From Chrysomallon squamiferum (lineage: Eukaryota > Animalia > Mollusca), in the NCBI GenBank assembly GCA_012295275.1, contig CM022668.1, positions 13,578,001-13,642,000 of the forward strand: a DNA stretch of 64,000 nucleotides. Direction: 5' to 3'. Shown piece after piece: positions 1 through 12,690 of this stretch. Every line of letters begins with the position of its first letter. Positions within the stretch are counted from its first letter, which is position 1. Below the pieces are notes generated by a model. That model was given only the letters and a program-made list of their open reading frames with translations, was not told the DNA's origin and did no database searches. The position numbers were made by a program, and so were the translations under genes.

Positions 1-413
1 TACGAAAGGACTGAGAGGAAAGCTTTCTCAAATTCCACTGGTACTAACAGCCCTTTTATTTTATGATATTCAAGATGCTTCATTATATCATAAATTAATT
101 GTAGATTTTCATGTATATATCTGCCTTTAATAAACTCAGTTTGATTTTTTCTAAATCTGTTTTTACTCTATTTCCAATGCATTTGGGAAGAAATTTCTAC
201 ATACAGTTTATAATATAGTAATAGTTCGTCAGTTCTTTCAGATAATTTTTCATATGTTATATTGGCTTTTCGAAAACGTGCAATGATTTGTAATTTTGTT
301 TTGTAGGGGACATTTTTTAAATTTTTATATTGTAACTATATCTAATATATCTTACAATAATGGCCTAATGTTATGATATCAAGATATTACAACTTTGTCT
401 GGGTACAAAAATT

Positions 414-447
<34 letters not shown>

Positions 448-507
448 CATTACTACTACTACTACTACTACTGCTACTATAATAATTACAACAAAACAAC
501 AATAAAT

Positions 508-598
<91 letters not shown>

Positions 599-690
599 CT
601 TTACTTGTATCACAAAATGTTGCATTGCTCCACAAATACCATAAATAAAAAAGGTGCTGCGACTGGGGTGGCGAAATTAAATTTATTATA
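1..690. repeat. Block homologous to 63075-63670 (and partly 14500-14600)
   Basis: Shared aagctttctcaaattcc...aataaactcagtt...tctatttccaatgcatttgg...ggcgaaattaaa in direct orientation. Confidence 0.8.
413..597. repeat. Compound (CTA)n/(ATA)n microsatellite
   Basis: Direct reading. Confidence 0.95.
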
Positions 691-1125
691 TTTGCCACTA
701 CAGCTTACAAAATAATTATCATTGATTTATTGATTTATAATATAGATAATCAAAAGTTTATGTTTCCAATTAATTTACTTTTATAATTTTGGAATATTAA
801 TCTGCATCAGTTAGATATGCTAAACCAGATCTGTCTTGTTTCTCTGTCTCAGTCGTTTTAATTTTTGTCTTTTTTCTTCACCACTGACTTTAGTTTCAGT
901 GACATAATGTTGGTCTTTAAGCACATTAAGGAATAACTAATCTTTCTGTTAACGAGAAGGTGCAGATAAAACATCCTTTACTAAATATGGAAAAAGTGTA
1001 ACCCCAATGTAAGAAAAAGAATTATATCTTTCACTTGTCATTATCAGTTTGATCGTTCACTATATGTATGATTCTACAAAACCATACATTTATAAATCAT
1101 AATTAGACTAAAATATCTTTCTGTT

Positions 1126-1148
1126 TGTGTGTGTGTGTGTGTGTATAA

Positions 1149-1195
<47 letters not shown>
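1126..1195. repeat. (GT)n + (GATA)n microsatellite
   Basis: Direct reading. Confidence 0.9.
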
Positions 1196-1412
1196 TATAC
1201 AGTCAGAAGATAGGTAATCTCCCCTCTTTCCATATTCCTTTCTTTCCCTTTTTCCATCAATAGTCTCGTTTTAAATATTAAAACTATTTCAGCATTTTCA
1301 GTAAACACTAATTTTATTTTCATTCTTAAATGTTAGAAAAACAAAAACCGGGTAATTATACATTAAGCAGACGACACAAATATTCACTCCAGTTATCAGA
1401 CATTAAGTAATG

Positions 1413-1414
1413 AT

Positions 1415-1492
<78 letters not shown>

Positions 1493-1522
1493 CATAATAA
1501 TAATAATAATAAAAATAATAAT
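1413..1522. repeat. (CAA)n/(TAA)n microsatellite
   Basis: Direct reading. Confidence 0.9.
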
Positions 1523-1857
1523 AGAAATAGAAGCACTAACTTATAAATATAAATACACATATAAAATCTCCTAAATAACTTGGTCAAACATAGTCAAATA
1601 AAGATTTGCCACCAAATGTATTTCATAATTGTCCAAATTATTTTCATTGCTATAGTTTGCTCTAAAGATAACATATCAGGATAATGCTGAAAAGACCAAC
1701 GTGTAAGGAACTAATATTAATACATACATATATATAAAACAAAAATCTATATAACGTGAAATCTTTACAATATTTATGATAAAGTTTATTTTGAGTTCAG
1801 TAGTTAGTTCTTTGTTGTCTTTAACAACAAAATATTCTTACATTATTTTATGCTGTT

Positions 1858-3068
1858 TTATTTGTTATCTCCAACATCTTTCTGAGGTTCGTTTACCTTC
1901 AGAAACCCCTTTACAGCCAATCCCCCAGCACCCGTAACTAGACTTTTAACTGATTTCCAGTGACTATTTTTTACAGCAACTGCAACTTTATCAATGATTC
2001 CGCTGTCTCCTCCTACTTCCTGTCTCACTTCACTTCTTGCCTGTCTTCTACTTTCTACTTCTTTTGCCTTTAGATCTTCTTCTAGTTGATTTTGTGCTTT
2101 TTCGATCTCTTCCTTTCGTCTTTCCCTTTCCTTTTCCATCACATTCTCTTTTTGTTTTACTTCGTTCTCAGAGATGAGCTTTACTCCTTCTCTATCTTCC
2201 CCTTGTTTGTCTTTCAACAGTGCCTCTTCACGTTTTCTTACTTCTTCTTTCTCCTTGACTATTTCCTCTTCACGTTTTTCTATTTCTTCCTCTTTCTCTT
2301 TCAGTATCTTTTGGCGTTTTTCTGCTTCTTCTTCTATTTTTTCTAATTTTTTCCTGAACTCTTCCTCTAGTTTCTTTCGCTCTGTTTCAAAATCCTCTTT
2401 CTGTTTCAGGATTTCTTCTTGACGTTCCCGAATTTCCTTTTCCGCTGCTTCCAAAACTGCTGATGTATAATGTTTACCTCCATGTTCTTGCACATTAGAT
2501 TTGATCTTGTCGATCAGCTGCCGAACCATTTGTTTTTTCTTTTCTTCATCTTTTTCGCGATTGTTAAATCCGACATATCTTCCTCCACATTTGTCGATTA
2601 TTTTTCTTAGTTCTTCTGGTGCTTCAAGTAGAAATTGTTCAAGATCTGTTTCGTGTTCTTCAAGATCGTCAATTCCGGTGAACAGCACGAAAAGGTAATC
2701 GGAAAATTTGTTTCCAAATACTTCCTCGAAGTACTCTATTGTTTCGCGATCTTCTGGAGTAAACCTCCCTACCTTCAAAACCATGACGAAAGCATGTGGC
2801 CCTGGAGCACTCATCGCTATGCACCGGATTATTTCTATTGTAATCTGTCCATTTGTATGTACAGCGTCGAATGCTCCTGGTGTGTCAACGATAACAACGT
2901 CATGACCAAACAGAGTTTTGTGTTCTGCCTTGCATTTTTCAGTACCGAATGTAGCAGCAGGCGTAGATTTAAAACGCTTCTCTCCAAGGATGGTATTTGC
3001 TGAAGCACTTTTTCCTGAGCCAGTAATTCCAATCAAAACAAGCCGCAGTTCATTGTCAGTCTCAGAAT
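1858..3068 (-). CDS. GIMAP: GIMAP/AIG1-type GTPase copy 1, terminal coding exon (G domain + coiled coil)
   Basis: ORF with G1 GITGSGKS, G3 DTPG, PGPHAF box, RFT, G4-like TGIDDL and FNN, then an E/K/R-rich coiled coil. Acceptor ttctttcag|AT at 3068 is phase 1 and in frame with the upstream exon. Family-level symbol only. Confidence 0.95.
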
Positions 3069-3163
3069 CTGAAAGAATTTCAAATACACTCTCTGTACAG
3101 TTGAAGACATTTCTTTTATCTTCTGGTTCTTAAAGTTCTTCTTGTTGTCCTTTATGTTGAACA

Positions 3164-3240
<77 letters not shown>

Positions 3241-3252
3241 CATCATCATCAT
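3164..3252. repeat. (TTA)n/(CAT)n intronic microsatellite
   Basis: Direct reading. Confidence 0.9.
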
Positions 3253-3623
3253 TATGATCATTCCCATTATCTGAACCACGACTACCACTAAATTACAACC
3301 AATATTATTACCATTCTCTCTACTATTACTGCCTCTCCATCTATTTTCACTACTATTACAACCATCGAATCATAACCCTGGTATTTCTACTCTGTCTACA
3401 ACTACTGCTGTAACTTCTACTAATATTACTATAACTACTAGTTTAATTAATACAACTGCTGATACTTCTAGTACTCGTACTGCGACATCAGTGACAGCGT
3501 GTACTAAAACTATTACAAATACATACTAATATTATTAATGATTACACATAGTATTAATGATTTTGCGTATTGCTGAAATATACTTGTTGAATGACCAGTA
3601 CTTGCAAACTTTGATACACATAC

Positions 3624-3861
3624 CAGATGTCTTTGAATCTAGACGACGTTTTGGCTCCACTTCTGATGGTCGGACTTTTTTTGGTGGCTCGACTTTTTGT
3701 GATTCCTGGACTTCTCGTGGTGGTTCGACTTCTTTTAATGGTTGGGTTCTTTCCGATGGCTGTACTTTTTGCACTGGCTCGACTCTTTGCATTGGCTGCA
3801 CTTTTTGCACTGGCTGCACTTGTTTTGGTGGCTTCGTACGTACTGGAGCAGTAGACTGAGA
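3624..3861 (-). CDS. GIMAP copy 1 internal exon encoding hexapeptide repeats (SQSTAPVRTKPPKQVQPVQKVQPMQRVEP...RLDSKTS)
   Basis: Polypyrimidine tract + aag| acceptor, G|gtatgt donor, 238 nt open, phase 0 to 1. Homologous exons lie upstream of copies 4 and 6. Confidence 0.8.
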
Positions 3862-4296
3862 CTTTTAAAAAGAAAAGAAAAAGAAACATATAAACCGAAA
3901 ACACAAATTTTATTGCAATATTACAGTATAGCTGTTTTAGACTGAATCTGTGAATATCTGTCTGTACGCATCGCTGCATATGTTTATTATATAACCTTTA
4001 TAAATATAAGTTTTTATTTATTTTCTTATTTAAAATACCTGGTGTCGTTAAACAATCTCTCATTCGTTTATACAATATTCTGCTATTTATTTTATTTTAT
4101 TTTTTTTTTTTTTTTTTTTTTTTTACTTACTTACTTGCTTACTTAACATAATTCTTTGGCATTTATGCTCATTGGGTAATTATTTTAATTTGATTTATAA
4201 TATTTCATACTATTTTACTCAGACATGAATAAAACTATTTTTTTTTCAAATGTGTTATTAAGTAAATAAGTAAAGTAGTGTTTTAATGATGCTTAC

Positions 4297-4346
4297 CATT
4301 TGTTCAAAACGTTTCCTTAATTCAGAAACTGGAATATTTGTATCAT
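4297..4346 (-). CDS. GIMAP copy 1 microexon (DTNIPVSELRKRFEQM)
   Basis: ttttgttctag| acceptor, ATG|gtaagc donor, 50 nt, phase 1 to 0, matching the next exon. Conserved position in copies 4 and 6. Confidence 0.7.
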
Positions 4347-4489
4347 CTAGAACAAAATTAGAAAAGTATAAATTTCTCTCACTGTATATATTTATATCTG
4401 TCTATCAGTGTAAGAATATATGTGTATATGTGTCTCTGTGTGAATGTATGAATAAATGTATGTATTTTTCTACCTGTTTATCTGAATAA

Positions 4490-5365
4490 TATATTGCCGT
4501 CGCGTCTTGCCGAACAGCATGAATTTCGTGGAGGTACTCAATGCACATGCAACAACAAACAATCCACGTGAAATGTCATACACTCAAGATTGTTGAAATC
4601 ACGTTTGTAATGATTAAACGCGACACTGTCTGGTGTCGATTTGCAGTGAATATTCAGTATCATAATTGTCATGGTGCATCGTAAACTGTCAGAGGCTACA
4701 AGGTGGCAAGATTATTGACATAAGAAATTCAGGAACGTCCCTCAGCCAAGTTGGACGTCAATTCGTGCGCAATATTTCCATCATTTCAAGACTCTTGAAC
4801 CAACACAAGGCTACCAATGATTTCACATATCGTCCAAAACGTGACAGAGAACAATAAGAGAGGACAGAGCATGGGACACAAGAACATCTATAATACAACA
4901 GTGGTTACCAGGCAGAGTCATTTCCTACAGGACGGTCCGGAATCTCCTCAAAAGCAGAATGATAGGGGCTAGAAGATCCTAGAAGCCTGTAAAACTGCAT
5001 TCAGATCACAAAGGAGCACGACTTGTCTGGTGTAATCAACGTGCTCGCCAGAACATTGCATAATGGCGGAGTTTTCCGAAAACAGTCGTTCCCTACTGCC
5101 TATGGTGGATGATGGAGCAGGTGTCAGGAGACAAACTAAAATATGAATGGCTCCTCACATATCCTAGGATATGTTTCAGTCATGATATTTGGAAACGTTT
5201 CTTTGTTTTATAAGATGGACTTCATCACCATTGGCGGGAACCTTAATGGGCCTTGGTATCAACAAGAGATGCTGTTTATCTCCGACTGAGACCCACTTGA
5301 TAATGAATTAAGTGCTGCTTTACAAGTGGGTTGGAACAGTATTCCTCAAAATCAAATCCAGGTCA
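4490..5365 (+). mobile_element. Degenerate Tc1/mariner element relic
   Basis: Frameshifted HTH-type N-terminus (MVHRKLSEATRW..IIDIRNSGTSLSQVGRQFVRNISIISRLL) and later Tc1-like remnants (GNLNGPWYQQE, WNSIPQNQIQ). Homologous to 56570-57650. Confidence 0.75.
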
Positions 5366-6589
5366 AACGTTTTATATTGTATCAGTTTTAGATCTGTATG
5401 TTTCTTCAATCAACCAGCAGACAGAGCCACACGCACATTCTTTCAAACCACATAAAGTATAAAGAAATAGTTGAAATCTATAGAAAGAAGCGACCGTTTT
5501 TATTTTCTCAAAAATCCGTCAGTATTTTAGTTACATAGAAAGACATCAATAATTCAGTTACATATATATATATATATCCATATAAACCTGCATATATATC
5601 GAGGCACTTAATCTTTTAACAAACTTATCCAGAATACTGTGTCCACATGCAAAGATCTATTTATCTAATATATTATTCTTTGTATAAAGCTTACTTATTG
5701 TTTGCTTTATAAATGGTTTGGCAAGACACTTCTGTTTCTGAAGAAAAATATATTTCTCCGAAAACTGGTTTTTAGTGACAAATTAGTAGAGTTTATATTT
5801 TATATCGGGATAACCCAAGTATAAAATTAAAAAAAAAAAATAAAAAATAAAGGAAGAAAAGTACTAACTCAGTTACTGATGTATTTTGAAAAGAGTTATT
5901 TTTTTTTTTTAAACTGGATTACTCTATCTGTATGTTTATCCCTCTAATTCTCTGTCTGCCCATCTATCAATCTGAAATCATTTATATGCATACCAATTCT
6001 ATAATGAAAGTATCTCCGAAAAAGTCATATATATTTATCAGTGCACATACTGAAGTTATTTTAATGGATAACAAACGATAAACAATACATAAATGATGCA
6101 TTTTGTCATTTAAGTGTCGTGAAATGTTTCATGATGACCTTTCTATAAACAATTAGTTTCAAAATTAAGACAGCAGAAAACAAACTCCACTAATATCCTT
6201 TTTATAGACTACAAGTATTTTCTTCGTGGCAAATTAATTTTTATTAATTTTTATTAATTAATTAATTTATTTGTTACAATTTTTTAAAACATTCTGACCC
6301 AAGAATGTTTTGTCTTTTGCCAAATTAATAAAATCGCGAAATTGAATTGTTATACCTGCAGAATTAGTTTGTGATAGCCAGTTGACGACAGTAGTCTTGT
6401 TGCTTGAAATAACGGTTGTCAAAGTAGTATGCTGTATTAACCCGTGGTAGTGCCCTTAGGCTTTAGATTATTTTGGGTCCATCGACATTCCCCAACGCCC
6501 GTCAAACGTAGTAATTAATGGGGTAACAAAGAAAATTATATCATCTTATCTGACGAAGTTAAAGATATATATACCTATACAGAAAAAAT

Positions 6590-6860
6590 GTTCTCGTTAA
6601 TCTTTCTACATACTGATGCAGAATATTGCTAAAACTTCATTTCCAGAGCACAGAGGATTCTATCTGGATTGATGCCAAACTTTTCAGCTTGTAAAATTTG
6701 AGAGTGGATCACGTTTAAGAGCAGAACAAGACCTTTCGTAGAATGTCATATGTCAGAAGAGTTTGTGATGAGAGGAGACAAGTAAATATGTAAACAAATG
6801 TAGTGTTTGGAAAGGTTTCTTGCATTTCATTTTTAACAATTTTGACCGACTAAAAAACTA
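6590..6860 (-). mobile_element. hAT transposase C-terminal dimerisation-domain relic
   Basis: DNA homologous to the copies at 40640 and 58910 (ggattgatgccaaa...gtggatcacgtttaagagcagaa...acaagtaaatatgtaaacaaat). Confidence 0.6.
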
Positions 6861-8629
6861 AGACTGTGCTTTGATCCCGACCACTTTGGCCCATCCCTGA
6901 CTGTGAGTGAAAATTCTACATAAACTCATTTTTTAATAAATTTTCTATGAACGCACCCTTAGGATTAAAGTTTTGGTGAGCCTCTAGGTTTCAGGCTAGT
7001 CAGCCTTAGGGATAATGAGGCACTGGCAAAACACGTTATTCCTTAGAAATATTTTATTTATTCCGGACGCAAACGTATTTCTCCGAAAACAGCAATTTAC
7101 GATCGACACCTCGTTTCCTAAACAACTTAACTGCAATTAACTTTATTAAGTACTGCCTTTTGCTTATGGGTCGAATCAATTGTTTTGGACGTAATCTAAT
7201 TAGTGTGTTAATTTCGATTTGCTGTTTTATGATATCACGGACCAAATGTTTTAAATTATGTTTTGAAAGATAAAATAATTGCATGCTGCTACATGATTTT
7301 TGTTTGAAGAAACTTATCAGTTAATATCGCTCTGTTAAACTGTTAGACATCCCAATAGAAAACATAAATAATATTAAAATAAATAAATAAATAAATAAAT
7401 AAATAAATAGATAAAATATGATAAAATAAAATAACTAAAAGAATCGTCATGCAAATCTGTTGAAAATTAGGTAAAAATATTATGAAACGTCATCATGAAT
7501 ATTAACGTGAACAAACTCCTCTTTATATCTAACTGATATATGAGACATGAAAGACAATGCATAGTGTGTAAGTTGAATTACTATATTGTTTAGCTCTTTA
7601 TAAATGTGCTGATACGAAACGTTTGATAACGTGTCCACTTGCAGTTATCTCATTATCTAATATATTATTCTGTGTGAATATAGTTTACTCATTGTTGCTT
7701 TATAAAAGATTTGGCAAGACACTTCTGTTTCTGAAGAAATATATATTTCTACGAGAACTGCCTTTTAGTGACAAAAGTCATGACATTCGTATTTTCTATC
7801 AGTACAGCCCAAGTAGAAAGATTAATACAAATTAAAATAATAATAAAAATTAAAAAATAAGAAAGAAAAGGAGACGTACTACTAACTTACTAACATATTT
7901 CTTCTAGCTGGATAACTCTGTCTGTCTGTCTATCTTTTTCTCTATCTGCCCAAATATCTATCTGTAAACATCTATTTGCATGTCGATTATTTTTGATCAG
8001 TATCATATTACAATTATTTTAATGGATAACAAAAGATGAATAATATTTGAGTGATACATTTTGTCATTTAAGTGTTGTGAAATATTTCATTATGAGGTTT
8101 CTATAAAAATAAGTTTCAAAATTACGAAGAAAACAGACACTACTAATACCCTTTATATGAACTTCAAGTAATTTCTTCGTGCATATCTATTTCTCTCTTT
8201 TTTTAATTTATTTATTTATTAGTTTATTTATTTCAATTTAAAACGTCTTATCGGAGCCATATTTTCTTTTCCCAAAGTTGATAAAATCCCAGAATTCAAT
8301 TCAGTTGGCATTTTTAGTCGCAGAATTAGTTTGTGAAAGCCGCTTGATGACAAACACAGAATAGTATTCCTTGCTGCTTGAAATTAGCGTTGTCAAGATA
8401 CAATGCTGTATTAACATAACGTAGGCCCTTAGGATTCGAATTTCATGCTCTCCTTTCGTGCGATTTATTGCAGTAATAATGCGAGCGAAGTAATTAATGG
8501 ACTAGCAAAGAAAATAATATATTATCAGACAACCTTTAATCAGTATGAAGAAAAGCAATATTAAAATTCCGGTACTGTACTGTAAAGTTAAACACAGATA
8601 TGCCTTCAGAGGAGGTATCAAGAATTTTT

Positions 8630-8880
8630 TTTCATTAATCTTTCTACAAATTAATTCATAATATTGCAAAGCAAATATTTCCAGAGCGCACACGATTCCT
8701 CATGGATTAATGCCTTATAATTCAGTTTATCACATTTCATGGATCATGTTCAAGTGCAGAAAAATACCTTTCTACAGAACAGTTTGTATCGAGAAGTGAG
8801 AAGTAAATATGCAAACAAATGTACATGCTAGGAAACGTGTCCTGCATTTCATTTTCAATAATTTTCACCAACTGAAAAAT
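8630..8880 (-). mobile_element. hAT dimerisation-domain relic
   Basis: Same module (acagaacagtttgtatcgagaagtg...). Confidence 0.6.
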
Positions 8881-11800
8881 AAGATTGGGGTTCGACAGCC
8901 ATCCGTTCGCTATAACCCCGACTGTGCGTCAAAATTTCGCCTCAATTCTTTTTATGATTTCACTTTTTATATATGTGAATTCACCCATAGTGTATTTCTA
9001 TCAATGACGAGTCCTACAAATTAATTTCAGTGAAGCACATATAGCGTTTGACGTGTATATAGTATTAACCTTTAACACTAAAAGAAAAAAAGCAAAGACA
9101 AAGGAAAAATTGCATGTATATGCAGTGATATGTTTTGTTATGAGCTTTCTATTAAAAAAAAGTTTCACAATTAATAAAGAAGAAAATAAACTCCATTAAT
9201 AACCTTTTTATCAACTTCAAGTATTTTCTTTATGCCAGATTATTAATTTTTTTTTAATTAATTGATTAATTAATTTATTCATTATCAATTTATTAAATAT
9301 AAAATGTCTTACCCGAAGCCATAGTTTGTCTTTTCCCCAAGTTAATAAAATTCCAAAATTGAATTCAGTTCGGACTGTTCACCACATAATTATCCACTTG
9401 ACAACAAATACAGCACAGTACTCGTTGTTGTTTTATATAAGGCTTGGCAAAACAGCCGTGTACCTGAGAACAACGAAAACAGGTAGTTATGATCCACCTA
9501 TTTTCTTGTATCGGTTACCACCTTTGTTAACTGTATGACGATGTGTAATGTCTGAACATAACAACGAGCTGATAGCGCGATAGAACAAATATTAACACTT
9601 TGAATTCTTGTGTACTTTGTTTGGGTTTTAAAGCAGAAATAAAATAGTGTTATAATGAGACGATTTTTGACAATTTTTAATCTCAGAATCAAACAGCTCA
9701 GATGTGACGATGTGACCTGCTGTCTGCAACATGTTGTCCACAGCCACAACGTAGTCTTTGCACTTCGAGCTGGTACATTTTCTGTTCTACGCATTGACGC
9801 GATATCTTGTGTCAACATATGTCATTCTACATAATAGGAGTCGTTTTTTTTTGTCAGAGGTACATGAATTAACTTTGATAACAAATAACACGTTTTCTAG
9901 TGTCAGCTCTCAGTAAGAAGCTACGTTTTACGATTACCAGAAAACAAACAAACAAACAAATAAATAAATAAGTAAGTAAATATAAAAAAAAATTAAATAA
10001 ATAAAAAATGAAAAAATGTAAATAAATATACTCAATGAGAGGCTTAAAGAATCCATCCGCTTCACTCCTACTGATTGTAGAGTAGCACTATTTCTAAAAA
10101 AACGTTCATCTCTGCATATTCTTCTACAATATTCTTACCTATCTGGACAGTGAACCGAAAGACAGTTTACTGTTAGCAACAGTTTCTAACTACAGTTTGC
10201 TCACTTGATGTGCATAATGTTCAAACATAAAAAAAAAAATGCCTTGAGCAGTTGAGTTTTCTTTGTTCTTTCTGGTAAGTTCTAAATGTAACTAGCCTTC
10301 GATGATTGAAATTTATCTATAAAATTTATCTATCTTATTTATCTGTAAGTGTGAAAAATTATTTGACTGTAATTATAAAAAATGAGGTTAATTAAAATAA
10401 AAAATAAAGTTTTTTTTACTTTAATTATAGACTGTGATTATTAGTTTTTATTTTAACTTTTCAGATAATGACAGCAACTGTAAAAGTTTCAGAAAATGGT
10501 TTATCTGGAAGCATTATATATATATATATATATATATATGTTCTAATTGCAATGAAATATGCTGCGAAAGAAGCCGATTTTTGAACTCTTAAATATACAA
10601 ATGCATCTAATCAGAGACACACACATATGCTGGCTCGTTCAGGCACGCAGTGTCTTTGTATGTATTTAAATATATATGTATGTGTATGTATGTATGTAGT
10701 TTAGGATTTTGAATATTCTCTGTCTTGTGTACGTCTGAATGGACTCTGTACATAGACAGTATTCAGGAACGCACTGGCGCAGGACGACAAAGTCCAATCA
10801 CGACCTCACAAACCCGTCAGATGCCGCTGACGAGACTCAAACGTATGGCAACCATTCGCACACACTCCGAAGAAGGCGGACGACAATCAAGACAACCTAG
10901 AAAAAAAAACAAATAATGACAAAATATATTGCATGGCTCCCTGCCCTTGGACGGCACCTAGACTTCAACCTAGTCAGCTTTAGCGATCATGTGTCGCTGG
11001 GAATATAGCTTTAATGCTGAATGAAAATATATTTGTTGCTGAGGGAAAAAATATTTCTCCAAAAATAACAATTTACGCTCGACACATGGTTTCCTATATC
11101 GGTTAACTGCTTTATTAACTATTATTTTTAACTTCTCGGGCCGACAAATTTGTTTTGAACGTAATCTAATTAGTCTGTTAATTTCTGTTCGATATTTTAT
11201 GATAGGACGGACCAAGCGTTTTATGTTTTATGAACCTGAGATCTGTACGTTCCTTTAACCATGCAGCCGACAGAAACACATTCGAACTCACACGCACGTA
11301 CCTACAGATTCCTACAAACCATGAGATCAGTGACAATACACCGTGCATAAGTGGAACTAATATATTGTTTAATTCTTTATAAATGCACTGAGATGTAACA
11401 GTTGAGATGTAACACTGAGATGCACATGCAAAGACCTGTTTATCTAATACATTATACTGTGTATGTAGCTTATAAATTGTTGGTTTATAAAAGGTTTGGT
11501 AAAACACTTCTGTTTCTGTAGAAAAATATGTTTTAAAAATATTTAATGAAAACTACTACTAACACAATTATTGATGTCTGCTTATTATTATTTTTTTCTA
11601 CAAGAGTTAATTTCTTTATAACTGAATTACTTTGTTTGCGTATCTGTCCCTCTATTTCTCTGTCTACCCATCAATCTATATGAAATCATCTATATGCATT
11701 TACATTGTCAAATGATAGTATGTCCGAAAAAGTCATTTACATTGATCAATCACATAAAAGTTACATTTTTATTGATAGGAAAAGCCGAATAATATTCAAG

Positions 11801-12419
11801 CGATAAATTCTGTCATTTAAGTGTTGCGAAATGTTTCATTATGATCTGCCTATAAAAAGAAATTAAGAAATTAAGAAAGAAGAAAACAAATTCCACTAAT
11901 ACCCATTCAATCAACTACAGTATTTTCTTCTAGCTATATTACTTTAGATTACTTTATTAATTTATTTATTACAAGTTTGAGACATCTTATTCCAAGCCAT
12001 ATTTGGTATTTTTCCTAAATTTATAAAATCGCAAAATCTAATTCAGTCAGGACTGTTCACCATAGAATTAGTTTTTGATAGCCGCTTGACGACAAATACA
12101 GTACAATACTGGTTGTTACTTGAGATAAGGGTTGCAAGATGCAGTGCGGTATTAACCCGTGCTAGTGCTTTTAGGCTTCGACATTCTGTCGGCCTATCGA
12201 CACACCCAAAGCCCCTCCCCGCGAATTGTACCACTGCCATTTCATACAATTTAATGCAATAATATTAGAAATGGAGTAACAAAGAAAATAATATCACATT
12301 TTCAGACAGCATTTAATTAGCAGGAACCAAAGGAATACAAACATGAAGATAATGTACTGTAAAATGAAACATATATATATATATATATGCCTAAATAGGT
12401 ATCTAGGTAGTTAGTAGTT

Positions 12420-12690
12420 TTTCTCGTTAATCTTTCTAAAACTGATCCAGAATATTTATTAACATTTAATTTCGAGAGCACAGACGGTTCTACCTGGATT
12501 AATGCCAAATTGGTGAGCCTCTCATATTTCATTGTGGATCACGTTTAGGAAGAGAAAAAGACCTTGTTCCAGGACATTTTTGTTTCGAGAAGTGAGAAGT
12601 AAATGCGCAAACAAATGTACATGTTTGGAAAAAGTTTCACGAACTTCATTTTTAACAATTTTTAACGAACTGTAAAACTAAGATTGGAGT
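12420..12690 (-). mobile_element. hAT dimerisation-domain relic
   Basis: Translates ...STMKYERLTNLALIQVEPSVLSKLNVN. Confidence 0.65.

Noticed and set aside
371-698. ORFs with poly-L/Y/I/S runs (also 14238-14615, 16228-16576, 35519-35737, 61395-61796, 62095-62488)
   Set aside because: Translations of microsatellites with no coding evidence.
2086-3133. Plus-strand F/S/L-rich ORFs overlapping GIMAP exons (also in copies 2-6)
   Set aside because: Antisense shadows of purine-rich coiled-coil coding sequence.
10139-10260. Possible 5' exon of copy 1 ending in ATAG|gtaaga on the minus strand
   Set aside because: Good donor in locally unique DNA, but no convincing phase-1 ORF or paralogous support; needs transcript data.
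10700-10965. GC-richer segment possibly a SINE or ncRNA (similarly 14930-15650 and 35150-35450)
   Set aside because: No recognisable A/B boxes, terminal repeats or protein motifs; cannot be classified without a database search.
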